Source: Octopus vulgaris
Lineage: Eukaryota
Direction: 5' to 3'
Assembly (NCBI GenBank): GCA_951406725.2
Contig: OX597826.1
Location: 20,212,001 to 20,276,000 of the forward strand
Length of the DNA stretch: 64,000 bases
The notes beneath the pieces were generated by a model that saw only the letters and a list, made by a program, of their open reading frames with translations, did no database searches and was not told where the DNA came from. Positions 38,781 to 50,548 of this stretch are shown here, piece by piece. Position 1 is the first letter of the stretch, and the number at the start of each line of letters is the position of its first letter. A program made the translations under genes and the position numbers.

Positions 38781-39253
38781 ATGATAAAGTATCGATTGGT
38801 TGACGTTAGGAAGGGCATCTAGCCGTAGAAACACTGCCAGATCAGACTGGGCCTGATGCAGCCTTCTAGCTTCACAGACCCCAGTTGAACCGTCCAACCC
38901 ATGCTAGCATGGAAAGCGGACGCTAAATGATGATGATGATGATGATTTTAGGCTTTTGGTAATTTAGTTTAAAGCATTGGCTCATTGTCAATGCTTAGCA
39001 TCTTTGAAATGACTGTTTCTGTTTATTAAATTCTTCCAACCACAGAAGACACTGAGACTCATGTTACTAATCAGAGATTGAAGATGAAACCATGTGATTG
39101 TGAAGTGAACTTCTCTGCTGCTGTAATTATTTCAAAATCCAGCTGTGTTGCACACCTGGAAAGGTCGTCTTCAACAAACCAAATCTGTATTCCACTTCAA
39201 ATAATGCCTGATTATTTTCAGGAAGAATACATCAAACTGTTTTCTCTCAACAG

Positions 39254-39309
39254 GTGTTCATAATATAAAGAATATGAAAAACCGTCCTATGGTTCTAATT
39301 GGTGGTTGA
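39254..39309 (+). CDS. MOCS1: MOCS1A exon 9 (last coding exon, C-terminal GG motif)
   Basis: ctcaacag| (G)VHNIKNMKNRPMVLIGG-TGA. The nine exons sum to 1143 nt = 380 aa plus stop. Confidence 0.97.
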
Positions 39310-39401
39310 GTGATATTGAATTAATATTAAAGGTAATTATTTTCTATATCTGTTTATATATACACACATACACACTCACTCTGCCCTTTATATTCTTGCA
39401 G

Positions 39402-39490
39402 ATACCAATTTAAGAATGGTTCTAAAATCATTTGAAATTTTAGGATTTTTTTTTGTAAGAATAAATTATAATTTCTGATGAAAATAGTTA
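39402..39490 (+). other. MOCS1: Probable non-coding terminal exon of MOCS1 with polyadenylation signal
   Basis: Donor AAG|gtaatt at 39332/39333, acceptor tattcttgcag| at 39401, AATAAA at 39460-39465. Confidence 0.5.
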
Positions 39491-41114
39491 AAAATGGGGG
39501 AAATTTTTTTATTAATTCATTATTAAAATACAACAGAAATTTAATACTTATGTTTAAATTATTTCATTCCACTCTGATGGATGAAGGCTTCAGCATGTTG
39601 TTGCTGTGTTGGTTGTAGATTCATCAGATGCTCTTTTAGTGGTGAGCATCAGAGGAATGGGGAGAGGTAAGGTTTTGTAGGTAAGAATTTTTTTTTGTAA
39701 CAGTGCAGTTCTGAGTTCCATCCCTAGCACAGTACAACACCCAGAACAAATATCTTTTACAGGGGGAATTTGGCCAATGAAGACTGTGCAGAAGCCTGTT
39801 GTGTGTGTGTATTACACATATGCATATATTGCAAAGCATCTCATCCAAGCCTCTCTGCCAGTCCACCACCCAGGCAATGGAGGGTGTAGCTAAATATACA
39901 GACTCCAATACTTGACTGCTATTTTATGTCATCAACTTTCAGAGGAAGGAAAAGTTAATCTTGCCTGGAACTGTTTAAAATATTGACATGTTGTGCCATA
40001 GACTAAATCAATTTTGATGGACAGCAGTAATCTTTGCAGAAATTCCAGCCTTTATCTTAAGGCATTAAGAGGATAATTAAGTCAACTTATTCAGTTCCCT
40101 TCTTCAAACTCCTCCATCAATAACATTGATGTTGTTCAGTGGTCTTTGTCTTCTGTTTTGAAGCAGAAGTCTCCAAAATATAACATCTAATATTGCCTGC
40201 TCTTCAGCGCAATAGCTGTGGCCAGTGAAGTTTATCTTGTGTTGAGCAACGATAGCTGAGAGGACGGTCTCCATAAAGTTCATCTTTGGTCTTGGGTTCT
40301 CACCATGAGCAATTTTGAGTCCTCATAACATGCATAGTTATGAGGGCTCAAAGGGGATTTTTGAAGGGCCTTCTTCATTCATAGTCCACTTCAAAACTTG
40401 AACTGGACCTGTTACAGAGCTAGTGGTATTATACAAGATGATAATGTAAAGCTGGGGGCTTTTATAAATAAGGCAGTAATTTATAAGGCTGTGGGGGATA
40501 ATGAGTTTCATTAAATTGTTTGTTAGAGCATTGACTTTTTACAAACATTGTGATAAATGTTTTTAACAATCTATAATTTAGAAATCCAACATATTCACTA
40601 ATAGCCTCAACATGGTCGCTAGAAATAACAGCTAAACCTCCCTCAAACCCCATTTTTAAAACAGAATGTAGTCTAGACTACATTATGCCAGTGATGGGAG
40701 TGGCCATGGGTAGAATACCTTTGATTATAGATCTTCTCAACTGGGGCTGACTTGGGGCTAAACAACAGCCAAAAATGAATTCTTCAAGACAAAAACTAGA
40801 TCCATCTAACTATAAAATAACTAAATTCAGTGAAAACTTCAGTTTCCACTCAGTTACAAAGCATTATTAGTTGTTTCATATCTGAAGACTTGGTACATGA
40901 ATTTATTTATGCCTGTTGATTCTCCTCCAGGTCTTCCTTTAACTGTAGTTAGGTTTCATAGAGGACAAAAAAAACAGATTTCTTTCAAAAGAAACCAACC
41001 AGCCAGCCATGTGTCACAATCTGCTTTTATGGAAAACCCTGTGTTTATGTAAAACAGTTTATTTTTATTAAAATTGAAACAAGCTATGGAAACTTTAGGA
41101 AATTTACAAATTGG

Positions 41115-41299
41115 TCATAATATCACAGTTCCTTGTGATCTTGATCTTGATGCCAAACTACTGGTTGGCATAAAGTCTCGGATACTGCAGTTTCTCTGCT
41201 TCTTCCGACTACACAGAACATAGAGGCTGAAGCTGACTGAAACCAGGGTTATTAGCACCAATAATCCCAGAATTGAGTAGACAATTGTCAGGTCCATTT
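41115..41299 (-). CDS. Uncharacterised type I membrane protein, last exon (TM helix + cytoplasmic tail)
   Basis: Acceptor ttttttgtctcatttcag|, phase 1, matching the donor at 49855; (E)MDLTIVYSILGLLVLITLVSVSFSLYVLCSRKKQR..QGTVIL-TGA; minus-strand AATAAA at about 41058-41069. Confidence 0.8.
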
Positions 41300-41429
41300 C
41301 TGAAATGAGACAAAAAAAATTTGAGATTTCATCTGAAGAGATTAATTGGTATGTACTGGAGTCAGGTTTGGTAAATGAAGACAGTTCTAACAAATGCAGT
41401 AATATTTTATCAAAATAAGATTAGGCAAA

Positions 41430-42682
41430 GTTCAGATAGCTCTGACCCCTGCTGGCAACAAAGGGCCTCTCTCTCAGAGTGAAAGACAAATCTGTGTGCG
41501 AACAGCTATGTTGCATGGCAGTGAAACATGGGCTATGGTAGCTGAAGGCATGCATAAGCTTGAAAGAAATGAGGCCATACATGTCTCTACGTGTCATATT
41601 GTAAATTTCAGCTTTCCACTAATATTCGTTTGTCTTTTACAGCTGCTGAAGTGGACTAAGCTGTTATAATGGAGACAGGTGAATGCAGATCAGGGACCAG
41701 GTTCTTATACCTGAAAGGCCATACACCAAAAGAGACTTTCGATGAGATGAAAGCAGTCATCTCATGAAAGCACCATCATACGATGTAGTCAAGCACTGGC
41801 ATCACCATTTCAAATGTGGTCGGACATCGGTGGAAACTGCACCTATTCCTGGATGACTACATTCCACCATTGATGACACCACTATCCCACAAGTGGAAAT
41901 TGCCATTTGGGAGGATCGCTGCATAACTATTTGGCAACTAGCCCAAGAAGTGAAGATAAGTGTAGGGTCCATGAAAAAAAATCATTCACGACCATTTACA
42001 CATGCGAAAGTTGTCTGCACGATGGAGTCCCTGGATGCTCACACCATTTCAGAAGCAGGAACAAGTCAATTGCTCTTTTATAAACGAGGACTTTTTTGGC
42101 AGACTTATCTCACAGGATGAAACCTATGTCCATCACTTTGATCCTGAAACAGTCAAAGCAAGGTAACTCACCACCTCCAAAGAAGGCTTGTGTCCAACCC
42201 TCAGCAGGCAAGGTGATGTTCAGTCTTTTGGGACCAGTGCAGAGTAGTGATGATGGATTTTCTGGCAAAGGGCACCACAATTAACAGGGCATATTATGCT
42301 TCTCTGCTGCAGAAATTGCAGGAAACCATCAAAGCAGAGAGACAACACCCCAGTGCGCGTGTTGCCCAGATGAAAGCACACTCCTGCGGCTATGAAATCC
42401 TTCCTCGTCCCCATTATCTCCCGACCTCACACCATCTGACTTCCACCTCTTTCCAACCATGAAGGGGGGGGCACTTTTCGGATGACGAACTTATTTCCGA
42501 GGTAAAGTATTGGCTCCAGATGCAACTAGAGATGAGGTCTTCACAGCTGCATAAGACAATGGGAGAAGTGTGTCACCATTGGTGGTGGCCAGGTAGAGAA
42601 GGACTAATAATTATGCCAAGTTTCAGTTATCTCAGTCCTTGGCAACTGGGTTAGAGGAAATCTTTAAAGAACACCCTTCATA
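41430..42682 (+). mobile_element. Mariner transposon relic (disrupted transposase) inside the membrane-protein intron
   Basis: EDRCITIWQLAQEVKISVGS, PPPKKACVQPSAGKVM, DFLAKGTTINRAYYASLLQKL, GYEILP..SPDLTPSDFHLF, WEKCV; right end ..AACACCCTTCATA. Confidence 0.9.
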
Positions 42683-45600
42683 GATTGTTATTTCAAATTG
42701 CTAAAATCTGAAATATCCTTATATAGCCAGTGTCTAAGCTGCTTTACCCAAATTTATTATTACATATGAAAGCATTGTTTAACAAATCAATTAAAACCAG
42801 AAGACTATGGAGACTCTTTCAAAGAAACCTTTAGTCAGAGGAATGGGTTTGTTTTGTTTTTTACCTCCAGCACTTACCTCATCTCTTTCAAGTGCTCGGT
42901 TTACTTGACATCTCTCGTCACAAATGACATATATGCATGTGTGTGCACATGTATGTAGTTGTGTGTGTGTATGTGTAAGAGTGTGTCATCCTTTGTTAAT
43001 ATTTCAAAAAATCTTTCTTAGATTCCCATCGTATATCCAAATGACTTTTTTTATCTTCAAACTTCAAGGTCAGGTATTTGTGAGGGGAAGAAAAGGTGAA
43101 TAATATATTAAACTGTAACTAAGGGCTAGAGAGGAAGAGGGCCAGCAATAATAGTATTGTTTTTAAGGAGGTGGGCGGGGGGTGAGTTTGGCTGAGAAAC
43201 TGTCTGGAGTGAGTCAAGAAAGGTTAAGTGGGTTTAATGGAAACTAAATTTAGTAAAAAAAAAAAACACAATGAAACACTAGAAATATTGAAGTTGCTCT
43301 TGTGAAACCGTTAAGTGGTATCAACTCCTGACTCACGACAATTCCTTGTTACCATTGCTGGTGGAATTGGTAGCATGCCAGGCAAACTGCTTGGCAGCAT
43401 TTCACCTGTCTTTACATTCTAGGTTCAAATTCCACCGAGGTCAACTTTGGCTTTCATTCTCCTGGGGCATGATAAAATAGGTGCCAGTTGAGCACTGGGG
43501 TCGACATAATTGATTTCCCTTTACCCCTGAAATTGCTGGCCTTGTGCCAAAATTTGAAACCATTATTAGGAGATGGAAATGTGATGCCAGGAATGATATG
43601 ATACTTGATTAAATGTCAAATAAGTTTTATCTCTCCAGGTTCTGAGTTCAAATCCTGCTGGAGCTGTCAATATTATACAGACATTCAAAAGGTGGAATAA
43701 TTCACTCCTCTCAACAAATCTACTCTATAGAATTCATTTTTTTTATCTGTAAACTTTTTATGAATTAACTTTTAACTTCATTGGGGAAATTTCAAACCTG
43801 GGTTCTCATTCCTAAGGTATTTTTCGATATTATTATTCAGGTCACTGCCCTGAATTGAACTCTGAATCTTGGGGTTAGTAGCCCTGTACATTCTGAACTG
43901 AGCTGTAAAATACTTATTCTAATACAGAACCAATACTGGGGATAAACACAAAGGCCCACATACATATGACAAGCTTCCACACAGTTTCCACATACCAGAT
44001 TCCCTCACAAGGCATTGGTTGGCCTGGACATTATAGTAAAAGACATTTACTCAAAGTGCAGTCGAATGTAGAATATATTTTACAATATAGTCTTAACAGA
44101 TTTATCCATTTTGGAGTTTATCATAGAATACTTTTAGTTTTGTTTGACATATATTGAGGCAGAGATACAATTTCGATAGAATCAATTATATTTAACTGAT
44201 TTTTATTTTGTTCACTCTGGAAATATTAAAAAAAGAAAAATGGTTGGAATGAGATTTGGGTGGGGGTAAAGACAATGGACTACACTCCCTTTGGGATGGT
44301 TTTTTTTTTTTTTTTTTCTCTTTCTTCTTTCTCACAGGAACCTACCATATTGAGTACGAAGATTCTGAATCTAATTAATCCTCATTTATTTTATATTTTT
44401 AGGTAATTTAACAGATTTAATTAATGAAACAGATTTGATGATAAGTCAATCAAGAAGATTCTTAGCAGGATTAACAGAAAAGCTCCTATGGAGATTGATA
44501 TGAATTCTTTATAATTAAAATTTACAAAAACTGATTACAATTAAAATATAGTTTTACACAAATATTACCTGATTTTTATTTTTCAATTAAAAAAATTTTT
44601 ATTTTTACCAGTTTTGTTTTAATTTTTTTACTTTTGAAAATAAACTAAAGTGACTTTTGTTTGAGAGACTAAAGCCTAAAGGCAATTCTTGGTGCCTTAC
44701 ACAAGATATATTCTTTGAGAAGAATTCTCACAAACGGTTTCCTGTTCCTCTCTCCCACTTTTAGAAGCGTCTTGACATCAACCCTATGAAATCAGAGGTT
44801 GCTGGGTCAGTGAGTCAGCAGATGTTATTTCGGCCTTGGACCCACTTCAGTGTGGGGGACACAAATCTGTAGGCATTTGGCCGTTAGCCAACACACTAAA
44901 CGCATCATAATTTCAGTTCTATATAATTAATATTGGAGAGATAATCATGACTAATCTCTGCTAATTAAAGCTAAACTATATAAGATTGTGGCCATGCTGG
45001 GGCTTTGAAGAATTTTTAGTTAAATGAATTGACATCAGGACTCTTAAGCCTAATACTTATTCTATCAGTTTCTTTTGCCGAACCACTAAGTTATAGGGAC
45101 ATAAATAAACCAACACTGTGGAGTGGTGGGGGACAAAGAGACCCACACACACACAGCAGGTTTCTTACCATTTCTGTTCACCAAATCACTTGCTCAAGGT
45201 GCCATGCAGTGGGACTGAACCTGGAACCATGTGTTTGGAAAGCAAGCCTATAACCCTGAAGATATTTTGTTTTTGTGAATATAATGCTTTCTTTCAATTA
45301 ACTCTGAAAATGAGGAAGGATTTAGCAACAGTAATTAACTTCTTCATTAATAAAATGAAACTTGGAATATTTAATTATTCTCTAAAATTATAGGGTAACA
45401 ATTTAGATATGAACTTTCCCATATAAATTCCATTAATGACGGGTTTTATAGTCTTGGAATCATGGTCTGTCCCTGGTGGATTAGCAGTAAAAGATTTAGT
45501 TTTTAGGGAAAACCTGCTGTTTTTATGAATTGAAACTTATAAACTTCACCTGTCGTCAATGAGGTGTGGAACATTAAATGTCTGAAATTTCTGATTGGTC

Positions 45601-47949
45601 ATTTCTAAGGATCAATATTTGACACCTTGTAGTTGAGAAGCTTACTTCCTAAATGTAATTTTAGGTTCAATCCCATTGCTTGGCACCTTGGACGAATGTC
45701 TTTTACTCTAGCTCCAGGTTGTCCAAAGACTTCTCATTCGATTCAATAGAAGAAAACTGAAAGAAGGCCATATTATATATTTCTAAGTATGGGTTACCTC
45801 TAACCTCTCATCAACTGGCGCAAAGCTCACCAGTTCCTGTCAAACCATCCAACCAATGCCAACCAGGAAAATGGTCATCAAATGATGATGTGTATGCTTG
45901 TCTTGCCATCAGGGGATGGTTAGAAATAAGTGTCAGTGTCATACAAGCAATGAGATTCTTTTCCAGCCTTCCATGGAAAACCTGTTTGGCCAAAGGGAAA
46001 ATATTAGCTTACTTAGAAACAGGTGAGGCTTAGTGACAGGAGAGGCAAGTCAATTATATTGACCACAGAGTATGACTGGTACTTATTGAGTAATATGGGA
46101 GATTCTACATAGTCATCCTGCTAGAAATAGTCAATTCTCCCTCAAACCTCACCATCTTAATGTAATCCCAGGTTTCCTATTCATAAGAAAAAGAGGTGGT
46201 CATGGTTGGAATGGATCATAGGCCTTCTACTTAATCAGTGTCGACCAGAGGCTAATTAGGAAGGGCATCATCATCCTCTCACATCCGTTTTCTATGCTAG
46301 CATAGGTTGGACAGTTTGACCTGGAGCTGGCCAGCTGCCCACTCTTCAATTGTCTGTTGTGGCATGGTTTCTATGACTGGGTGCCCTTCCTAATGCCAAC
46401 CACTTTACAGTGTGTGCTGGGTGCCTTTTATGTGCCTCTGGCATGGGTGCATTTATGCAGCACTGGCACCTGCAAGGAACAAGCCTGTATGTGTGGAAGA
46501 CAGCAGTTTTACTTGGCTCAACACATCTTATCCAGCCACATGGTTCCGAGTTCAGTCCCACTTGCATGGCACCTTGGGCTTATTCTTCTACTAAAGCCTC
46601 AGGCGAACCAAAGCCTTGTGAGTGGATTTGGTAGATGGAAACTGAAAGAAGCCTGTCACATATATATATATATATGTTTGTGTGTGTGTTTGTTCCCCCA
46701 ACATCGCTTGACAACCAATGCTGGTGTGTTTACGTCCCCATAACTTAGCAGTTTGGCAAAAGGAACCGATAGAATAAGCACTAGGCTCACAAAGAATAAG
46801 TCCTGGGGTCGATTTGCTCGACTAAAGTTGGTGCTCCAGCTTGGCCACAGTCAAATGACTGAAACAAGAGTAAAAGAATAAGAGTACAGTAAATCACCCC
46901 CATTTCCTGGTCCCTTTTTGGCCCAGCATCCAAAGATCCTTTCTCACCACTTCATCAATGGACCATGAAGTGTAGAGACACTGGGGCCCTAGGTGCACTG
47001 AGGCAGAACATAAGACTGAATTGACAGTCGTTAGAGCATGAAACAGTAAACAACACTGATGAGCAAACAAGGAGCCCTCTATATCAGTGGTTTCTCAACC
47101 AGGGCCCAGACGACCCTTGGGGGTTCACATAAGGTCTTGTTAAAATTTATCTACAATAACTTGGTTATAATTCTACAACACGCAAAAGACTTTAATTTTT
47201 TTTAATAAAATGATTATAAAAAGACAGCAGGATTTTATTTATATATGTATATATATATATTTTGAATGGCTATGAAGGTCTAGGAGAATCAAAGGGTTTC
47301 ATCACTATCATCGTTTAGCATCCGCCTTCCATGCTGGCATGGATGGGACATTTTGACAAGAGCTAGCCTGCGCCAGATTTCTAAAACTGTTTTGGCAAGG
47401 TTTTTACTGCTAGATGCCCTTCCTAACACCAACCACTCAGCAGAGTTGACTTAGTGCTTTTTATATGGCACAAACACAAGTGAGATCAGTTTTGGCAAGG
47501 TTTTTACAGCTGGATGCCCTTCCTAACACCAACCACTTTACAGCGTGGACTGGATGCTTTTAAGTGGCACCTACACTGACAAGGTCACCAAGTATCTTGC
47601 AAGACAAAAAAAATCTTTCGAGGGAGGGCATTGGAGGATGAAAGGCTACAGTGAGACAGAGAGACAAAAACAGGTGTCTTGCTGTAGAGGTACAAGGTTA
47701 CCCAGCTGGAGAGAGAGATCAGAAATGAAGACAGAAACAGATGCGTTGCCATAAAGGAAATACATGGTTACCAAACCTGAGGGAAGAGCAGGAGAAGGAG
47801 AGAGAGAGAGTGGGAGACAGCAGGATAGAGATGGTGGCAAAATGCCAGGCATACACTCACAAGAGACAGGAACCAGAATATAAATTGGATGGTTGAGTAA
47901 AGGAAGAGAGAGATATAGATAGTGGCAGGTGCCAGGGCACACCCTTGAT

Positions 47950-48310
47950 GTTCAAACGCTAAAATATAAGTGGCAGGATATTGCGAGAGTGTGAAGGATG
48001 GGGCGAAAACCTGGGTGTATATATAAAATGGGGGAGGGCTACTGGATAGCAATGATACAGAGGAACAGGGCCGTGAGGACAGGATTGGGGAGTGGGAGGT
48101 AGGCATAATGTATGAAGGAGGAAAGGTGAGGAAGAGAAGTAGATTGGTTTGTTGGGGTAAGGTGTGTGAAAAGTTTTCTTGTTGTGTGTGGGTGGAGCAC
48201 ACAGGTTGGGGGCTAGCAGACAGCAACAATACAGTGGGACACAAAAATGGTTAAGAATCATGCAGAGTCTACATGGTTGCTGGACCAGCAAAAAAGTGTA
48301 GCCAAACATT
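47950..48310 (-). mobile_element. Possible degenerate CR1/Jockey-like LINE 3' fragment
   Basis: Weak resemblance only (e.g. YPATYILAF); heavily degraded. Confidence 0.3.
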
Positions 48311-48784
48311 TCTTCAATATCCTTTTGTCTTTAAAATGGTTAAACATTCTGCAGAATGAATTCTAAACATTCTTACAGTCATCTTTTATCCCTTTGGGAG
48401 GTGTGTGGGGGTGGGGACGTCAGTGAATTAAGGACCTGATGGTAAATTTGCCTCTTCAGTTCTCCAGAATTACATTTGGGAAAAGAGTCATACACATCAA
48501 TATCCATGTTTAAGATATCAGAAAGATTAGAGGTGAATCAAAAATTTTAAGTATCTAGGTCAAATGAAAGAGACTTGTGGAAAAATGGCACATAATATGA
48601 AATTACTGAAACTTGACTAAATCTAAAAACTCAACATAAAATCTTCTCTACAACTTCTTCATGATCTGTTAGAATGGTTCTCTTCCTGACATATTTATGC
48701 ATTGTGCAGTTAAAAAGTAATTATTGGAATTAGTTATTACTCATTTTGCCCCACTTTTAGACAATTTTTGAAAACTGGAAAATT

Positions 48785-49146
48785 AAGTGAAAATTAACAA
48801 GTAAAAAATACAAAGATCTGGAAATAGAGGTAACTCGAGTGTGGAGTCTGAAAACAGAAACAATCTCTATCATAATAGGTGCATTAGGTATAATAAAAAA
48901 ACATTCAGACAAATACATAACAAAAACATCAGGACTAACAAGGATATATATATAACATATAACTATGTTATATATATAACATACAGAAAATAGCACCACA
49001 AGGCACCACACACATCCTACACTTTCAATACAGTGAAAGTAAGAGCATCACAACAAACCACAGCACATACCCCAAGGCACATAGAGCTGCACGCGGTAGA
49101 GCAATGGAAAGCATGTGATAAAAAATAAGACTACTGAATAATAATA
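48785..49146 (+). mobile_element. Dong/R4-like non-LTR retrotransposon 3' end
   Basis: KYKDLEIEVTRVWSLKTETISIIIGALGIIKK..IQKIAPQGTTHIL matches an RLE C-terminus; followed by a 3'UTR and (TAA)n tail. Confidence 0.8.
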
Positions 49147-49258
49147 ACATACAGGGTGGGCACGACTGGAGTATCTTTGACAATATGCATCAAAACTGAC
49201 GAAGAGGCTAACGAGCCAATGTGGTCGCTTAACCTGCTAAAGATAATAGCCAAATTTC

Positions 49259-49656
49259 GGGCTAATGAAGTTTTGCACCTCACTTTGAAAAATGCAATTT
49301 TTTGAAAACATTTTCCGGATTCCTACGTTTTAGGTGTCGGAGATTACGAATAGGCAAAAAAAAATTTAATTTCACCCCCACCCAATTTAAATTTTGAATT
49401 TTGTTTACTTTAACGGCATCGTAGGGAATTGACGAACATGTGCAAAAATATTAAAGTGAAAAGAATTTGCGTTTTACTTTTGTTTGCCTTAAATAATCGT
49501 AAATATAATTTTTTTTTTTCGGATTCCTACGTTTTTGATGTCGGAGATTACGAATATGCCAAAAAAAATTTTTTGCATATTCTAAAACATAGCAATCCGA
49601 AAATTTTTTTTCAAAAAAATACATTTTTCAAGGCAGGTGCGAATCTGCATTAGCCC
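49259..49656. mobile_element. MITE
   Basis: TIRs GGGCTAATGAAGTTTTGCACCT / AGGTGCGAATCTGCATTAGCCC; internal direct repeat CGGATTCCTACGTTTT..TGTCGGAGATTACGAATA. Confidence 0.8.
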
Positions 49657-49854
49657 CCACCCCAACCCCCGTCCCCAAGTTATACCCAAATCCCTGCTTA
49701 CCATTCTAATAAAACAACGACACGTTGGATAATGTAAATTCTGAGAGTGTCTATTGAAATAAAGGAAACTGTTGTGAATGAGAATGGGAACTCAGTTGCA
49801 AACTGGAAAACAAGAAATTAGGTTTGTTTCCAGAAAATAAAGTCTTTCACTTAC

Positions 49855-50548
49855 CTACAGGTATAAGAATACCGGTTCCAGTTCCTGCTGGATGAGGAAC
49901 AGCGACGGCTTTGTCGTAATTTATTTTTATTTCCGTAGAAATACTAATGCTGTTTCTGTTTGATTTACTTTCGACACCGTTCACTTGTATTTCGTGTCTT
50001 ATGATGTTGTAAGCTGACTTCGTGTCGTTCTTGCTTTGAATCCCTGATGTAACATCGACATTTAAAGGTTCTTCAGACTGGAACTGCTCAGAATGGTTCA
50101 GGTTGATCAACGCAGCAGGGCTAGACATCGCCTCTTCGTGATTGCCTTTCGTATTTCGGTCGTAGTTGGACAAGGTTTGTAATTTTCGGCAGCAAATTGA
50201 GTTTAAACACGTCCGTTGGTCGACAATTATGCGCTCCACGATCTCCAAAATTCTTAAATTAATTTTTCGACAGTTGAGTTTAGTTCTTCGTGCATCAATG
50301 ATTTCTAGATCAGGTAAATGGCTTATATTAAAGTCTAATTGTTTCAAAGGTGTTTCTTTTATCGACAATGTCGCATACCCCGGGTGGCTCCTACGAAACT
50401 GTAAACTTTGAAATGATTTCTTATCACAGTCAATGAGTTTTGACTGCTCTCTCCAAATGCACTCATCTTCAATAAATATCGTCGTTCCATGGACACACGT
50501 ATGGAATAAAATCGTTAAGAAGAACAAACTGAGATATTCATTAATCAT
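49855..50548 (-). CDS. Uncharacterised type I membrane protein, first coding exon (signal peptide, LRR-like domain, stalk)
   Basis: Long ORF in otherwise closed DNA. MINEYLSLFFLTILFHTCVHG resembles a signal peptide; C-x9-IDC cap and LxxLDF/LPDLEIIDARRTKLNC LRR-like strands; donor GTAG|gtaagt phase 1; acceptor ttttcacag 20 nt upstream of the ATG. Confidence 0.8.

Noticed and set aside
44338-44513. Strong + strand acceptors with short open frames as a possible MOCS1B or alternative last exon
   Set aside because: Translations (e.g. GNLTDLINETDLMISQSRRFLAG..) show no MoaC similarity and close within about 35 codons.
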